DNA of 64,000 nt. It comes from Octopus bimaculoides. Its lineage: Eukaryota. The stretch lies in the NCBI RefSeq assembly GCF_001194135.2, contig NC_068982.1, positions 153,669,725 through 153,733,724 on the forward strand, written 5' to 3'. Position 1 is the stretch's first letter. Each line of letters opens with the position of its first letter. Of the stretch, positions 23,555 through 36,060 are shown one piece after another. Under the pieces are notes generated by a model. The model did no database searches and was not told where the DNA came from. It was given only the letters and a program-made list of their open reading frames with translations. A program made the position numbers and the translations under genes.

Positions 23555-23784
23555 TAAGCATTTACCTTCTTTTATTTTACATATATATTTCCTTTACTCT
23601 GTCATCTTTCTTTCTGCTAGCTTGTGTTTCTTCCTTTCTTCCTGGAATCAGGACGAATCAGACGTATTCTTGCCTGTCTCCTGAACAAGCTTGCTTCTTC
23701 ACGTTCGCTACCTCACTTCGTTTAGGCTCAGCAGCTGTTCTTGTTTGCTTTCACTGTCCAGTTTTTGTTACCAGTTCTGACCTT

Positions 23785-23950
23785 CTGCAAAATCCCAAAT
23801 TTTATTTAATTTGCCTTGCGGGAACAACTGCTTTATCGAAGGCGTATCGTGTCGTGAAATGCTCGAAATACGGACTAGAAAAACAGCCGACAACTGATGA
23901 AGAGTCGTTCTTTATGTTGCGTGTCTTCTTTTCCATTTGTTTCCTTCGTT
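23785..23950 (+). repeat. Second copy of the repeat at 10340-10500
   Basis: Direct alignment with the reverse complement of 10340-10500; preceded by a pyrimidine-rich tract. Confidence 0.7.
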
Positions 23951-24204
23951 GTCCGCAAAAAAGATCATATTCCATTTATTCGCATTTCGCATACCAGATT
24001 TTCGTATTTTTTGTTGTTTACCTTCTGTGACGTCCTGTGCCCATATATGCATATGTATATACGTATATATGTAAGTATGTACATATACGTATGTATATAT
24101 GCATATATATATTATTTATATTATTATATGAGTGAACGCCAAACATCCATTTCCAAGTAAGTTTTATCTATCTAAATATATATACATGGTATTACTACTA
24201 CTAT

Positions 24205-24206
24205 TA

Positions 24207-24259
<53 letters not shown>

Positions 24260-24421
24260 TACTCCGGGTCATTTTTGGACTAAAACGGGTTTGAAGTTGT
24301 ATCTGCTGACTTTGTACATCAATTGTAAATCTAGAGATAACTTCATGTGCTTGTACATCCGTGAACCTATGAACGTGCTTGTGTATATAGAGTAGTAGTA
24401 GTGGTGGTGGTGTTGGTGATG

Positions 24422-24470
<49 letters not shown>

Positions 24471-24477
24471 CAGCTGC

Positions 24478-24514
<37 letters not shown>

Positions 24515-24730
24515 ATGGTAGTGGCGGCGGCGGTTGCGGCGGTTGCGGCGGTTTCGGCGGCGGTGGCGGTGGCGTCCGCGGTGGTTTCAGTGGCGGTGGT
24601 AGTGCCGTGGGTTTAATGGGTTGTATTTATTGTGGTGATGTTGGTAGTGGTTGTGGTTGTGGTGATGTTGATGGATAGTATGGAGATAGTAAGTGTAGGA
24701 AGAACAGTAGCAGTAGCTGCAGCAGCAGCG
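24205..24730. repeat. Compound (GTA)n/(GGT)n/(GGC)n microsatellite region
   Basis: Visible arrays grading from gta to ggt/ggc. Confidence 0.9.
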
Positions 24731-25984
24731 ATGGCGAAAAAAAAATATATATATATATGACGTTGAATGGTTGACTAGAATTTCTAAGTTATACATTATG
24801 AAGTTTTAGTTCTGCCTTGTCATAAAAATTACAAAAGGAGTTTGCTATCATGTATCTTTGTGTAAGCTTTACAGTAAAATGATTAGATGTATTCCCTCAG
24901 ATATAAAAGGCAAGTATATTTTAGCAAAGGTAACAAATATTTACATTTTTAGAAAAAGAAAACGGATGAATTCAGCTTTCCAGAATAAATTAGCTACTGA
25001 ATGAGAATTGAATATGACGCTTATTTGATGTTGAGTAGACTATTCTTTTAGAAACTAGGAATGATTATTTTTATACCTTGAATCGGTTATTGAGAAGTCA
25101 ATGCAATGCAAATAATCAACATATTGGAAGTATGGTGAAGCATTATTGTTCTGGGACCACATTTACTGTTTATGCATTTGGAAGATGATAGAATGGGTAC
25201 CAATAATTACAATTTCAGTTCGAAGTGGCAACATATAGCAACAAAGGAGTACGAAAATCAATGCGTTTATTCTAATATGCCTAGTAAATGCATAGTATAA
25301 TGCATTAATTTTGGTTAGCGCTCCAGTGATACATTATGGCCTCTCCTTCCGTTGCAGCTAAGCTTTGGAGACTTGTACTATGCCAAATGAGCACATTTTT
25401 AAAAGCTGCAGCTAGTTGTTTTCCATCTTGCGCCACCATTTTTAAACGAGGATGGCGTGTCCTCTCCAAGGCAAATGCATGTGAAGCTATTTTTCCCTCT
25501 CCATGTCATTGCTATTACCCAATAGAAGATTAAAGGCCAATATAGCTGGGCATCATTGTTGTCACAGAAGTTACTTGAACGAAGTTGAGATCAGCATCAG
25601 GCAGTCTTAGGAATGCTATCAAGTGATTTGCCTTCAGGGTCACATTCAAAGCTTTTCTCATGCGTATATATGACCTCAAGTCACTGGAGGTTTAAAATTA
25701 CTTTCTCGGATAAACTACTTACCCAAATTTACGAGTTCAATCCAATTTAATCAATAAGTTTTGCGGTGCCAAACCCACCATCGATTTTTCACTGTCAGCA
25801 GAAGCAGTTTCACTTGATTTGTTAGGGGACAACTAGCACAAGATGGTTAGGACTTGGTTCTGCAAAAACTGTTTGTGCAAGCCATGATAATCACTTTCCT
25901 ACTAAGTGGAGCTTGTCTCCACTACTAAACCTCAGCTGAACAAACCTGCAGTAATAATACTCAAGATTAAAATGTAAATAGACG

Positions 25985-26165
25985 TTAATATTATGTGAGG
26001 TAATACGTTTAGCGGCATTTCGTCCGTCTTTACATTCTAAGTTCAAATTCCGCGGAGGTCGACTTTGTATTATATCCTTTGTGCGTCGAAAAATAAATAC
26101 CAATGTAGCACTGGGTCGATGTAATCGGCTTTGTCTCTCTACCAGAATTCTGCAGGCCTTCTGCC
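25985..26165 (-). mobile_element. SINE-like repeat family C fragment
   Basis: Reverse complement contains caaagtcgacctccgcggaatttgaacttagaatgtaaagacggacgaaatgccgctaa. Confidence 0.6.
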
Positions 26166-27439
26166 ACAATTAGAAAGGGATATTATGCGGCTCAGGAGCG
26201 TTTGAGGTATTTTAAGGCTTTGGTTAATTTCAGGCGAAGTCAGTGATTCGTCAAGAGAGTGAATGAAGGGCTGTTTACTATAAACTCAAAATAGTAGAGT
26301 AACGGATTTACTGTCTCTTAGTATGCTAAGAGACTTGCTACATGTCTTATCTACCTTGTGAGTTCACATGTCACGTGAAGCTGCGTATTTCTGAATTTAA
26401 GGAGGAAGTCTTTAAAAAAAATCTGTTAGATGTTTTAAAACTGGAAATCGACTAACACCAAAGTAATTTTTTACCAGATTCCACTACAAGGCTGAATGTT
26501 TACGATGATATATTACTTCTAGGTTCCGTAGAGAATTTGTAAGCTAAGAATGCCTTTGTCTGTAAAATAGTTATTTACGTAAAGATAATATCAACTAAGT
26601 CAATGGAGGAAGAAATAAGATTAGAAATATATATACAGATAGTGAATACATGGGTGGAAATAAGTCAGCAAGAAACAATACAACGCCGACACCAAACACG
26701 GTATCCATTTTAGATATATAAGGTCCTAAGAATTATTCACGTATAATGTAAGAAATTATTACAAACACGAATTGTATGAGATATTATGAAAATATACATC
26801 AGAATGTTCTCTTATTGAAATTGACACACAGTCATAGCAAGTAAATATTGCACAGCATAGTTGAATGTAGTAGGGAATAGATTTATTCTTTTCTCAAGAA
26901 AATGAATAATACCAGCAGCAAAATAACCACACTATAATTATATACAATGAAAATCGTCTGAAATTACTGACTTTTTAGAAAACTAATAGCTTTCGTTTGC
27001 TTCTAACAGTGCAGGTATTTATACAGGTAGCATAACACGCCATGCAATTTTAACACCAAGATATCTTTCCGTGAGAATTCGATCTCGTAGAAACAGTAGC
27101 AAAATACATGTCATACACCGTATTCGCTTAAAAATATAACTGAAACTTTATTAACAAAAGTTGCAACGCAGTGTTCTTTTGAATAAGCATATATAAATCA
27201 TATATGATATGTTTAATAATTTGGTGTGACTGTAAAAATATACTGTGAGCAGGTATCGACATTTGCGGAAGCCATGAGGTGGGATTACGTGATGTAATTA
27301 TGGTCTTCTCAAGATTCATTGAAGTCTCATCCACAGAATTTACGGAAAGAAGGCAAGCCAAAACACTTGATTGTAAGCGAATATCATTTTATTGTTACCT
27401 AGCGGAATATCCAAAATATGATATCTGAAGGCAGAGAAG

Positions 27440-27590
27440 GCTACACCAGTATTTGGTTACTACTCATTACAGCTGAGTACACTGAATCAACATGAAATGA
27501 ATAAATTTGTACAGGGAAATAACATATCACTTACTCCAGGAACCGAAACAACGATCACGTGAGTCTATCATTCTAACCACTGGGTCATGT
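27440..27590 (-). mobile_element. Decayed SINE, family B variant (B')
   Basis: gctgagtacactgaatcaacatgaaatgaat...ccaggaaccgaaac...ctaaccactggg resembles 62330-62395 and the head of family B. Confidence 0.5.
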
Positions 27591-28694
27591 ACCTAAACTT
27601 AATAGAAAAGGTTAGAAACTGCTAATACTGCAATATCATTTACCTAGTGCAAGTTGAAGGGTGGGTCTATTCACAAAAGCTCTAACATGGTTATTTTTAA
27701 TATAAACTCAAAATTTATATATAAAGTCAAATTATACGTTTATTAAATATCTGTAATATTAATTAATCTAGATTCGAGTGTATACAACAATATATCACGG
27801 ATACATTGTGTCCGAATAAGAAGACATGGTAGTTATGTCTGGATGTGATCAAAGATCTACTGAATTTGAGATTACCTTAAATTATTCAACACCGATAACA
27901 GCAACAATGCATTGAGCCAAAGATTGAGCCTTTATCTGGTTTCAGTTCCTCTTTGAATTATCAGACAAATACCCATCTAATTACGCATTGCTCACGATTA
28001 AAAACTGAGAAAAAGATGGCTAATGTAACACTGTATAGATTACATCTGCGAAAGATTGTACATGAGTTATTTTTATTACAAGTATACTTGGTCAGGACTA
28101 ACAGGGTGTAAATATCTTATAGCCATCACAAACTATTGCAGGAACATCTGCATCTTCTCTCGACCCATTAGAAACGCTGGATAATATAGTCAATATAACA
28201 GCTTGCATAGTAACACCTATCAAAGCATTTCTCCTAGCATGTATCATGTTATGTACCATAGCATGCCGCATCAAAAATATCATCAGATCTATCCTGGTAT
28301 ATACCATAACGTATATGAGTGTATCATACTTCTATGATGGGATGTACAATAGCATGTATCTTAAGTATAATAGCACAAATTGTACCGTGTATCAGAATAT
28401 GCTTCATTCTATATAACATTACATATGAGTAGTGAGTAGAGTAACACATAAAATCAATTATGAACTAGGAGAAATAGCTTGACGAGATGGAGGAGAATTT
28501 GTTTCCAATTACAGGATACGAATTAAATGGATGATACCTGTAATTCAAAGTTGAGAAATGATTTAAATAAAATTGTATCTATACACATTTAATCAGTTGC
28601 TTATATCATGTGAAAGCATAGTAAATGAGTGTATTAATCTCGTTAACTAATATTATATGCACAAACACACAACACATTTAATCATACATGTTTA

Positions 28695-29150
28695 CATGAC
28701 TGTGTGGAGGTGCAAGCATGGCTGTGGGGGAGGGGGGCATGACTTTGTGTAGGCGCAGGCGTAGCTGTATAGAGGCGCAGGCGTGACTGTGTGGTAAGAA
28801 GCTTACCTCCCAATCACATGGTTCCGGGTGTAGTCTCATTGCGTGGAGCTTTGGGCAAGTGTCTTCTACTAGAGCTTCGGGCCGACCAAAGCCTTCTGAG
28901 TGGATTTGGTAGACGGAAACTGAAAGAAGCCCGTCGTGCGTGTCTGTATTTGTCTCCCCAACACCGATTGATAACCGGTGTTGGTGTGGTCACACGCCGT
29001 AGCTTAGCAGTTCATCAAAAAGAACCGTTAGATTAAGTACTCAGCTTAAAAAATAAGTCGTGGGATCGACTTATTTGACTAAAATCCTTCAAGGCGGTCC
29101 TCCAGCATGGCCGCATTCAAATGACTGAAACAAATAAAACAATAAAAGAA
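28695..29150 (+). mobile_element. tRNA-derived SINE family A, full length, with tandemly repeated 22-bp head
   Basis: gaggcgcaggcgtgactgtgtggtaagaagc...ttgggcaagtgtcttctac...gacggaaactgaaagaagcccgtcg...ccagcatggccgcattcaaatgactgaaacaa, then an A-rich tail. Confidence 0.9.
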
Positions 29151-30419
29151 TATATATATATAAGACAATATATAAATAATGGTCATTACATATTTTTCCT
29201 TTATTAGAGTAAACTTGGCTAACAGCTGTTTCCAGTAATCATTATGGATACGTCAATGATAGGTACTCTCGATTGGTTTATTTAGAATTCTTTAACGTTA
29301 GTTTAAATTTTAATCCGTAATCTATTTAATGATTAAAATCTTTAATGAGTTTAATTTGAATTAATATGTAGCCTCCAATGCTATTTGACTTTAAACAACT
29401 CATATTGATGTTATTTCATTTCAACTTCGCATCTCCCAATATATCTCTATTTTATATCCTACCTAATCAGAGCTTTCTCAACCTCTACAACACATGATTA
29501 TTACTGGTATTTCATACATTTTTTAATACAATTCCTCTACTATTCTTGATACCACCAATGACCAAATGTTAAAAACTGAAGTTGATCATATGTAAATGAA
29601 ATGGCCCATATTTCAACAGAACATTTAGAGAATATTTAGCCTAAAAATGATGCAAATATGTTCATGTTTTGACCTGACTACAAACACTGTTTTATGACTG
29701 TCCTTTTCACAAAGTTCGGCCATCCTATCACCCTTTGTCTATCAAGTAACCCCTTCATCTATTTTATTTTTTCCTTCCTTCTTTTCACCGTTTTATAACC
29801 TGTATGCTTCTTTTTCGCTATTCTATGTGCCTCTTGCCCTTTTTTCCTCCTTTCCCCATACACGTACCAGTCCTTTAGTGTTCTGCTTTCTTATAACCAG
29901 AAATGGCTCTGACGAAAGCAAAATTAATTTTTTAGGCCGTTCAATTTTTCACAAGAGATCAATAGACCTATCACTAACGTACATATAAGGACTACTGGAA
30001 ACAATTGTAAGCTAAATTTAATCTAATAAAGAAATAAATGTAATGATCATTATTTACACATCGTCATGTATATCACTGTGTAAAAACCACTTCGACTGGA
30101 GCCCAACCACGGATTTACAATATACAATTATGATGAACCATAATCTTGGACACTGCCATAAGAATACTTGAAGTTCTTCACTATTCTAAACAATATTGTT
30201 GACCTGGTGCGCATGTGTATTATATATACCGGTATATAAGACGAAACCAGAACTTTTGTTTATAATGTAACTTCAAATTTCGACTATCAAATAAACAAGC
30301 GGATAGGCGAAACTTCGGAGTCCCTGTGAACTTAACCATCACGACACACACACACGCACACACAAACACACACACAAACACACACAAACAGACGGACAGG
30401 AGCTCGCGCGCGCGCACTC

Positions 30420-31095
30420 ACACATGATGGAAACACCTTAAAATTTCAAACAAATTTATTTTGATATGGAGTAGGACCGCCTTTGGTAGTAATTACAGAT
30501 TGAATTCTCCGAGTTATGGACTTGTACAAAGTTTGAATTATTTCCAAAGGAGTTTTTGTCCATTATTCAGCTAAAACAGTCTCAAGTTCTTGTAGTGATG
30601 ATGGAGGAGGATATAGACTCCTTACTTGTTTTTCTAAAATGCACCATAAATGTTCAATAATATTGAAATCTGGGGCCTGATAAGATGTTCAACTTCACTA
30701 TAATGTTCCTCGTGCCATTCAGGAACAACTTCAACTGTGTGAATTGGTGCATTATCATCCTGAAAGATTGCGTTTCCCTCCGGAAACAAGTTCCGCAATC
30801 ATGGGATGAATTTGATCAGGGAAAATGCTAAAATAATCTTGACTATTAATTCTGCCATGAATGGAAACTATTGGGCCGGCGGATTTCCAAGATATAGCCC
30901 CCAGATCATCACAGATCCTCCTCCATGCTTAACAGTTGGAAGAAGGTAGTTTGGGTCAAATGCTTCTTTTGGCTATCTCCACACGCATACTCGGCCGGTT
31001 GTCGGAAATAAGGTAAAGGATGACTCGTCCGAGAAAATAACATTCTTCCACTGCTCTAAGGACCAATTCTGTAGGTTTTTACTCCACTCTAAACA
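30420..31095 (-). pseudogene. Tc1-family (DD34E-type) transposase remnant, 3' two-thirds plus right end
   Basis: Minus-strand QWKNVIFSDESSFTLF, PTVKHGGGSVMIWGAIS, IFQDDNAPIH, PDFNIIEHLW and RRIQSVITTKGGPTPY. A few stops and frameshifts; cut off at ~31095. Confidence 0.93.
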
Positions 31096-31479
31096 GTGGC
31101 AGTAACAAACACGCAATGAACCAACAATCTTTTACGAAACCAACATTCAATATTTCCAACACACGAACTTCAACTGTATCTGACTGTATCTACACTTCGA
31201 AGACCAAACTACGAACTGATTTCATTTATTGAGCACTCGGGCTCGATAAAGAGAGGTCGATACACGGACAGACAATCACAACATAGTGGGGACATAAAAC
31301 ATAGGACGAATGAATGAAAGTTATGAATTATAATACTGAAAATGAAAATGAAATGTCTTACCTGCTCTCCAGGTAGTGTCATTTAAATGCTTTTAGTTAA
31401 CGATTGTAGATCAGTTTTTTTTTTCTTTTTGCATTTTTTTTTTTAAAGAATTTACTTACTTTTTCCTTTTTTTATCACG

Positions 31480-32886
31480 CTAGAAACGGCATCAACTCAT
31501 GGAATTCCACAACTGCCAATTCGTCGAATTGAACCCGCATTCCCGATATCTCTATCTTGTCCCCAAATAGTACTTTTAGTTTCTCACCTCTCGCTCTATC
31601 AAGCAGGATTACTTTGGTGTTTTCAGAGAATTCGTTCGACGCTAATATCACCCTAATTGCAGATTTTATTTTTGCAATCCTCTTTTATATTTCAACACTT
31701 TTCGTATATTTTATCAAATTCTATATATGTTTGGTTATTTTTCCTGTAATCCTTCTTGCCTTTCCTTATTGGTTTCCTCCGATGTTGCTGGCATTGGTAC
31801 TTCTTTCTCCTCTGTAGCTTTTTCAATCGATGCTGCTGGCATCTCCCGTCTTTCTTCCTTTCGCTTCTGCAACTTCACTTTCTCCTTCACGCTGGTTCCC
31901 CTTGGTGTTGCTGCTCTCTCAAACTGAGCCTCCTCTGCATTTTCTTTTCTCTTTTTTGCGGACATTTTGGTGGTGGGTCCGTGTTTCCTTCTCTCTTCTT
32001 CTTTCTCTTCACCACCGTATACTCTTCCTCCACATTTTCTGTACTCTTTTCGCAGACTGGGTTTTGCTCCTCGGCGCTTTGCTCCTTTTCTTCTCCCTGC
32101 TGTTCCTGTTCCATCACATCATTGTCAGGTTTCTGAGGACACTTTGCCTTCATGTGTCCCCGTACTCAACACTAGTAGCATATTGGAGGTCTTCCCTCCA
32201 CCAACACTCTTAATCTCACTTCCTCAGGCAATATGACCTCCTCTGCAATTTTATATAAATCCTGCAAACTGACCTGGACCGCCACCTCGAGGCCGCATTT
32301 CCACCACTTTACCTCAGTCGTTCTTATTACTTTTAAAACTTTCACTTCCCCTTCTGTGTTATCTATAATCTCTACCACCAGCCATGCCTCATCAATCTCA
32401 GGGGCCACTCTGCCGATTCTGAATCTGGACACACGTTTGCCACTGTACATCGGCAGTAGTACCCACTCTGATAACCTTAACGCCACAGTGGAGTGGTTTA
32501 TCACGTCTTGTTCGCTCGTGAACCTTACATACACTGTGCCGTACCTTATCTATCTGGTATAGAAAATCGTGAGGCTTTTCATCTCCTTCAGACACTCCTC
32601 CAATGCTTCCACAGTAGCTATTTCAATTGCTTTCGTTGCCGTGGGCAGCGTTCCATACACTACTGTCCGCTTGGTGCATTCGCTGTCAAATCTTGCGGCG
32701 GGGTCAACCTTAGGCTGGTACTGTCCTTCTCAATAAGCTTGTTGAACTGCTTCAACTTCTTTTCGTCCATTTTCACCTCTCGAACCTGTAGAACCTCTGC
32801 AGTTAAGCTTCTTGCAGTTGCTGCAGCATTGCTGCTGGCTGGAACTGGTTCGCTTTCCATCGTTTCTTTTCTTACAACTTCACGCA
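31480..32886 (-). pseudogene. Gag/ORF1-like nucleic-acid-binding protein with CCHC zinc knuckle, disrupted
   Basis: Joined frames read MREVV...TKRTVVYGTL...RYGTVYVRF...RIGRVAPEIDEAWL...VRLRVLVEGRPPICY*C*VRGHMKAKCP (CX2CX4HX4C), then a Lys/Glu-rich tail. At least 2 frameshifts and several stops. Confidence 0.8.
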
Positions 32887-33059
32887 TAGATGGGGAAGAA
32901 AACAAATATAACAGGCAAAAATAACAGAGCAACGAACAATTCAATAATTCAACAATTAGGCTAGACAATTAGGTTCACCCTTACGGGAGACCTTCAACAA
33001 CTAATCGACAAAGTAACTCACGGGGATCAAAAAATGATTAAATCGAACAGAAAAACCAA

Positions 33060-33100
33060 ACTACGAACTACCGTCTACGTCAGACCGCTACTATTTATAT
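33060..33100 (-). promoter_or_regulatory. Candidate Pol II core promoter (TATA at -30, Inr-like gtAGTT)
   Basis: Minus-strand TATAAAT (33099-33093) lies 30 nt upstream of the A of AGTTCG (33069). Confidence 0.4.
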
Positions 33101-34563
33101 GTAATGGTCCCGTCTATTCTCGTCAGAGGGTTTCGTACCTTCGTCACCACACTACGTACAAACGGAAAAGCATGAGAAATGCATTTGATATTATAAGGCG
33201 TTGGTGCAAGATGTAGACTAAAGACATCAGTCTTATAGGATGCTACATGTCTCATTTGAGTTTCGTGTAGTTATAGATATTAGATAGCTATAAATCGTGA
33301 ACCAAATATTATAAAGAGCTACCATTGAGGGAGGTTAGGCGGAGGTTAATCGTAACAGTAAAAATACAAACCATAGAATATAATTAGAAATCATTCATTC
33401 CCTGGGAGTTAAACCAGAAAGGGAGATAATTGAAAGCTTAAAATATAAAAAAAAAAGAAAACAAAAAGAAAATGAACGCTGTAAATAAATTCAATTAGAC
33501 TTGGTGAAGCTTTCAATACAAGTACAGGATATAAGTCTTTCGTAAAGGGACTCTATCGTAAAACATTATTCTATATTGAAAGCCTTCGGTAGAGTTCAAT
33601 TCCTGACACAGCTACAGGAATAAGGAAGCACATCAACAGATCATTGACTGCTCTTCTTTACGCAATCAAAATGTTGCTATGGTTGCTATGGTTGACGTAA
33701 TTAACACTCAAAGCCAATACAAAGGTAGACATGGAGAAACTGTTTAGTCAACATATAGGGACCGTTTGAAATTATTCATAAGATTTTGCAAAGGATACAA
33801 AACCGTTCAACTTCATGCAGAATCAATCTTGGAAGGAGGATGAAGTAGCTGTAAGATGAAATGTGTGTATTCGGGAGTGTAGGTAAAGTATACACGCGTG
33901 CGCAAACATATATCTGTGTGTGTGTGTGTGTATACCTTCTACAGTATGCAGGAAACGTAATACCCTCCTCCGGGTTATAAGTGAATTCAGAAATGCATGT
34001 ATATGCATATATATATGTGCATACACAAGCACATACACACCGAAAACGGAACGAAAGGAAACGGTGGAGAAAAGTATGCTTACATTATTCACTATAAATT
34101 GTAAATTAATTATATTTATACTATTGCAGTACATTATTTAATTAGTTTTCGTTTGAACACTAATTATTTTGCTTATTAGAATGTTGGTTACTGTATGATC
34201 GTGTGAATCTCTCGGATTTTATAATTGATAACTTTCTTAAGAATGGAATTGCAAGTACAACAAGCGAAACTCGTGCAATCACATATAGTAGATTACATTT
34301 AAATATATATATATATATATATANNNNNNNNNNNNNNNNNNNNNNNNNNNNNNNNNNNNNNNNNNNNNNNNNNNNNNNNNNNNNNNNNNNNNNNNNNNNN
34401 NNNNNNNNNNNNNNNNNNNNNNNNNNNNNNNNNNNNNNNNNNNNNNNNNNNNNNNNNNNNNNNNNNNNNNNNNNNNNNNNNNNNNNNNNNNNNNNNNNNN
34501 NNNNNNNNNNNNNNNNNNNNNNNNNNNNNNNNNNNNNNNNNNNNNNNNNNNNNNNNNNNNNAT

Positions 34564-34595
<32 letters not shown>

Positions 34596-35384
34596 ATATA
34601 TATATATATATACATATATATATAATACATAAATATATAAGATATATAAGTAAGCAAATACAAACACACTCAAATATATATGCGTGTGTTTGTCTGTGGG
34701 CGTGGGCGCACGTTTGTGCAAGTGGTCTCTTACGTTTTCTTATCTATCTTAGATTCCTACTTAAATTAATTGGACAGCTTTTCTGTCCGCTTTGTAGTGA
34801 TGAGAGATGGAAGCAGAATACTCTCATATAGAAGTACATTTTCCAATTGCTATATTTTATCAGCAGATCAAATTGGAAATATACTCACGTGATTTGAAAA
34901 TGTACTAATTATCTGTAAGTAATTTTCAATACAGAACTTTAACTATATTTTCCAAAAATACAAATCAAGGTTTGAAAACATATACGTTCTAAATTAACAA
35001 TATTTATTTACTGGTAATATTTCAGCTTCTCTTTTCTAATATCCGAGTTAAGCATATCAATTTAGTATATACATTTATTTTTCATACTGTTGACACAATA
35101 CCAAAATTTACGGTTATACTTTTGCTATGATGGCTCTTCGAAAATGGTATTATAATCAAAGAATACATGTATAATGTATTCATTGGATATGGCTTGCATT
35201 TGAGTAAAGAACGACATTGGTAATAGCATTAACTATAGGGAATTACAGTAGTACGAGCAGAATTGAGCCTCTTCATAACCATTCCACCAGTTATAAGTAA
35301 TTGCCAAACTCCCTCATCAAAAGGGATACCGAGAATTATGCATTCCTAAACAACTTTCTAAATATATTATTAATTTGATTCGTC

Positions 35385-36060
<676 letters not shown>

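Larger units (their letters stand above)
31203..33100 (-). mobile_element. ORF1-only (HAL1-like) non-autonomous retroelement, probably Tx1/L1-derived
   Basis: Contains the gag-like ORF below, no APE/RT after it, an AATAAA at 31225-31230, and the direct repeat accaaactacgaact at 31203-31217 and 33055-33069. Confidence 0.6.

Noticed and set aside
23840-23905. GCTC-GAAA...CTGATGA-A-GAGT arrangement suggesting a type II hammerhead (also 10380-10430)
   Set aside because: No acceptable helix III/UH site, and the core CUG is sequestered in a cag...ctg hairpin in the 10.4 kb copy.
24390-24680. Gly/Ser/Cys-rich frame (GGGGCGGCGGFGGG...) that looks like a structural protein
   Set aside because: It grades continuously out of (GTA)n/(GGT)n arrays, like 3655-3870, starts right after a stop and has no convincing start or splice sites.
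25330-25960. GC-richer block with partial open frames on the minus strand
   Set aside because: No recognisable domain; candidate splice-bounded segments contain stops in all frames.
26478-26538. 61-nt AG/GT-bounded open segment (STTRLNVYDDILLLGSVEN) sharing LNVYD with the 55004 candidate
   Set aside because: It is phase-incompatible with the next candidate exon, and the 5-residue match is plausibly chance.
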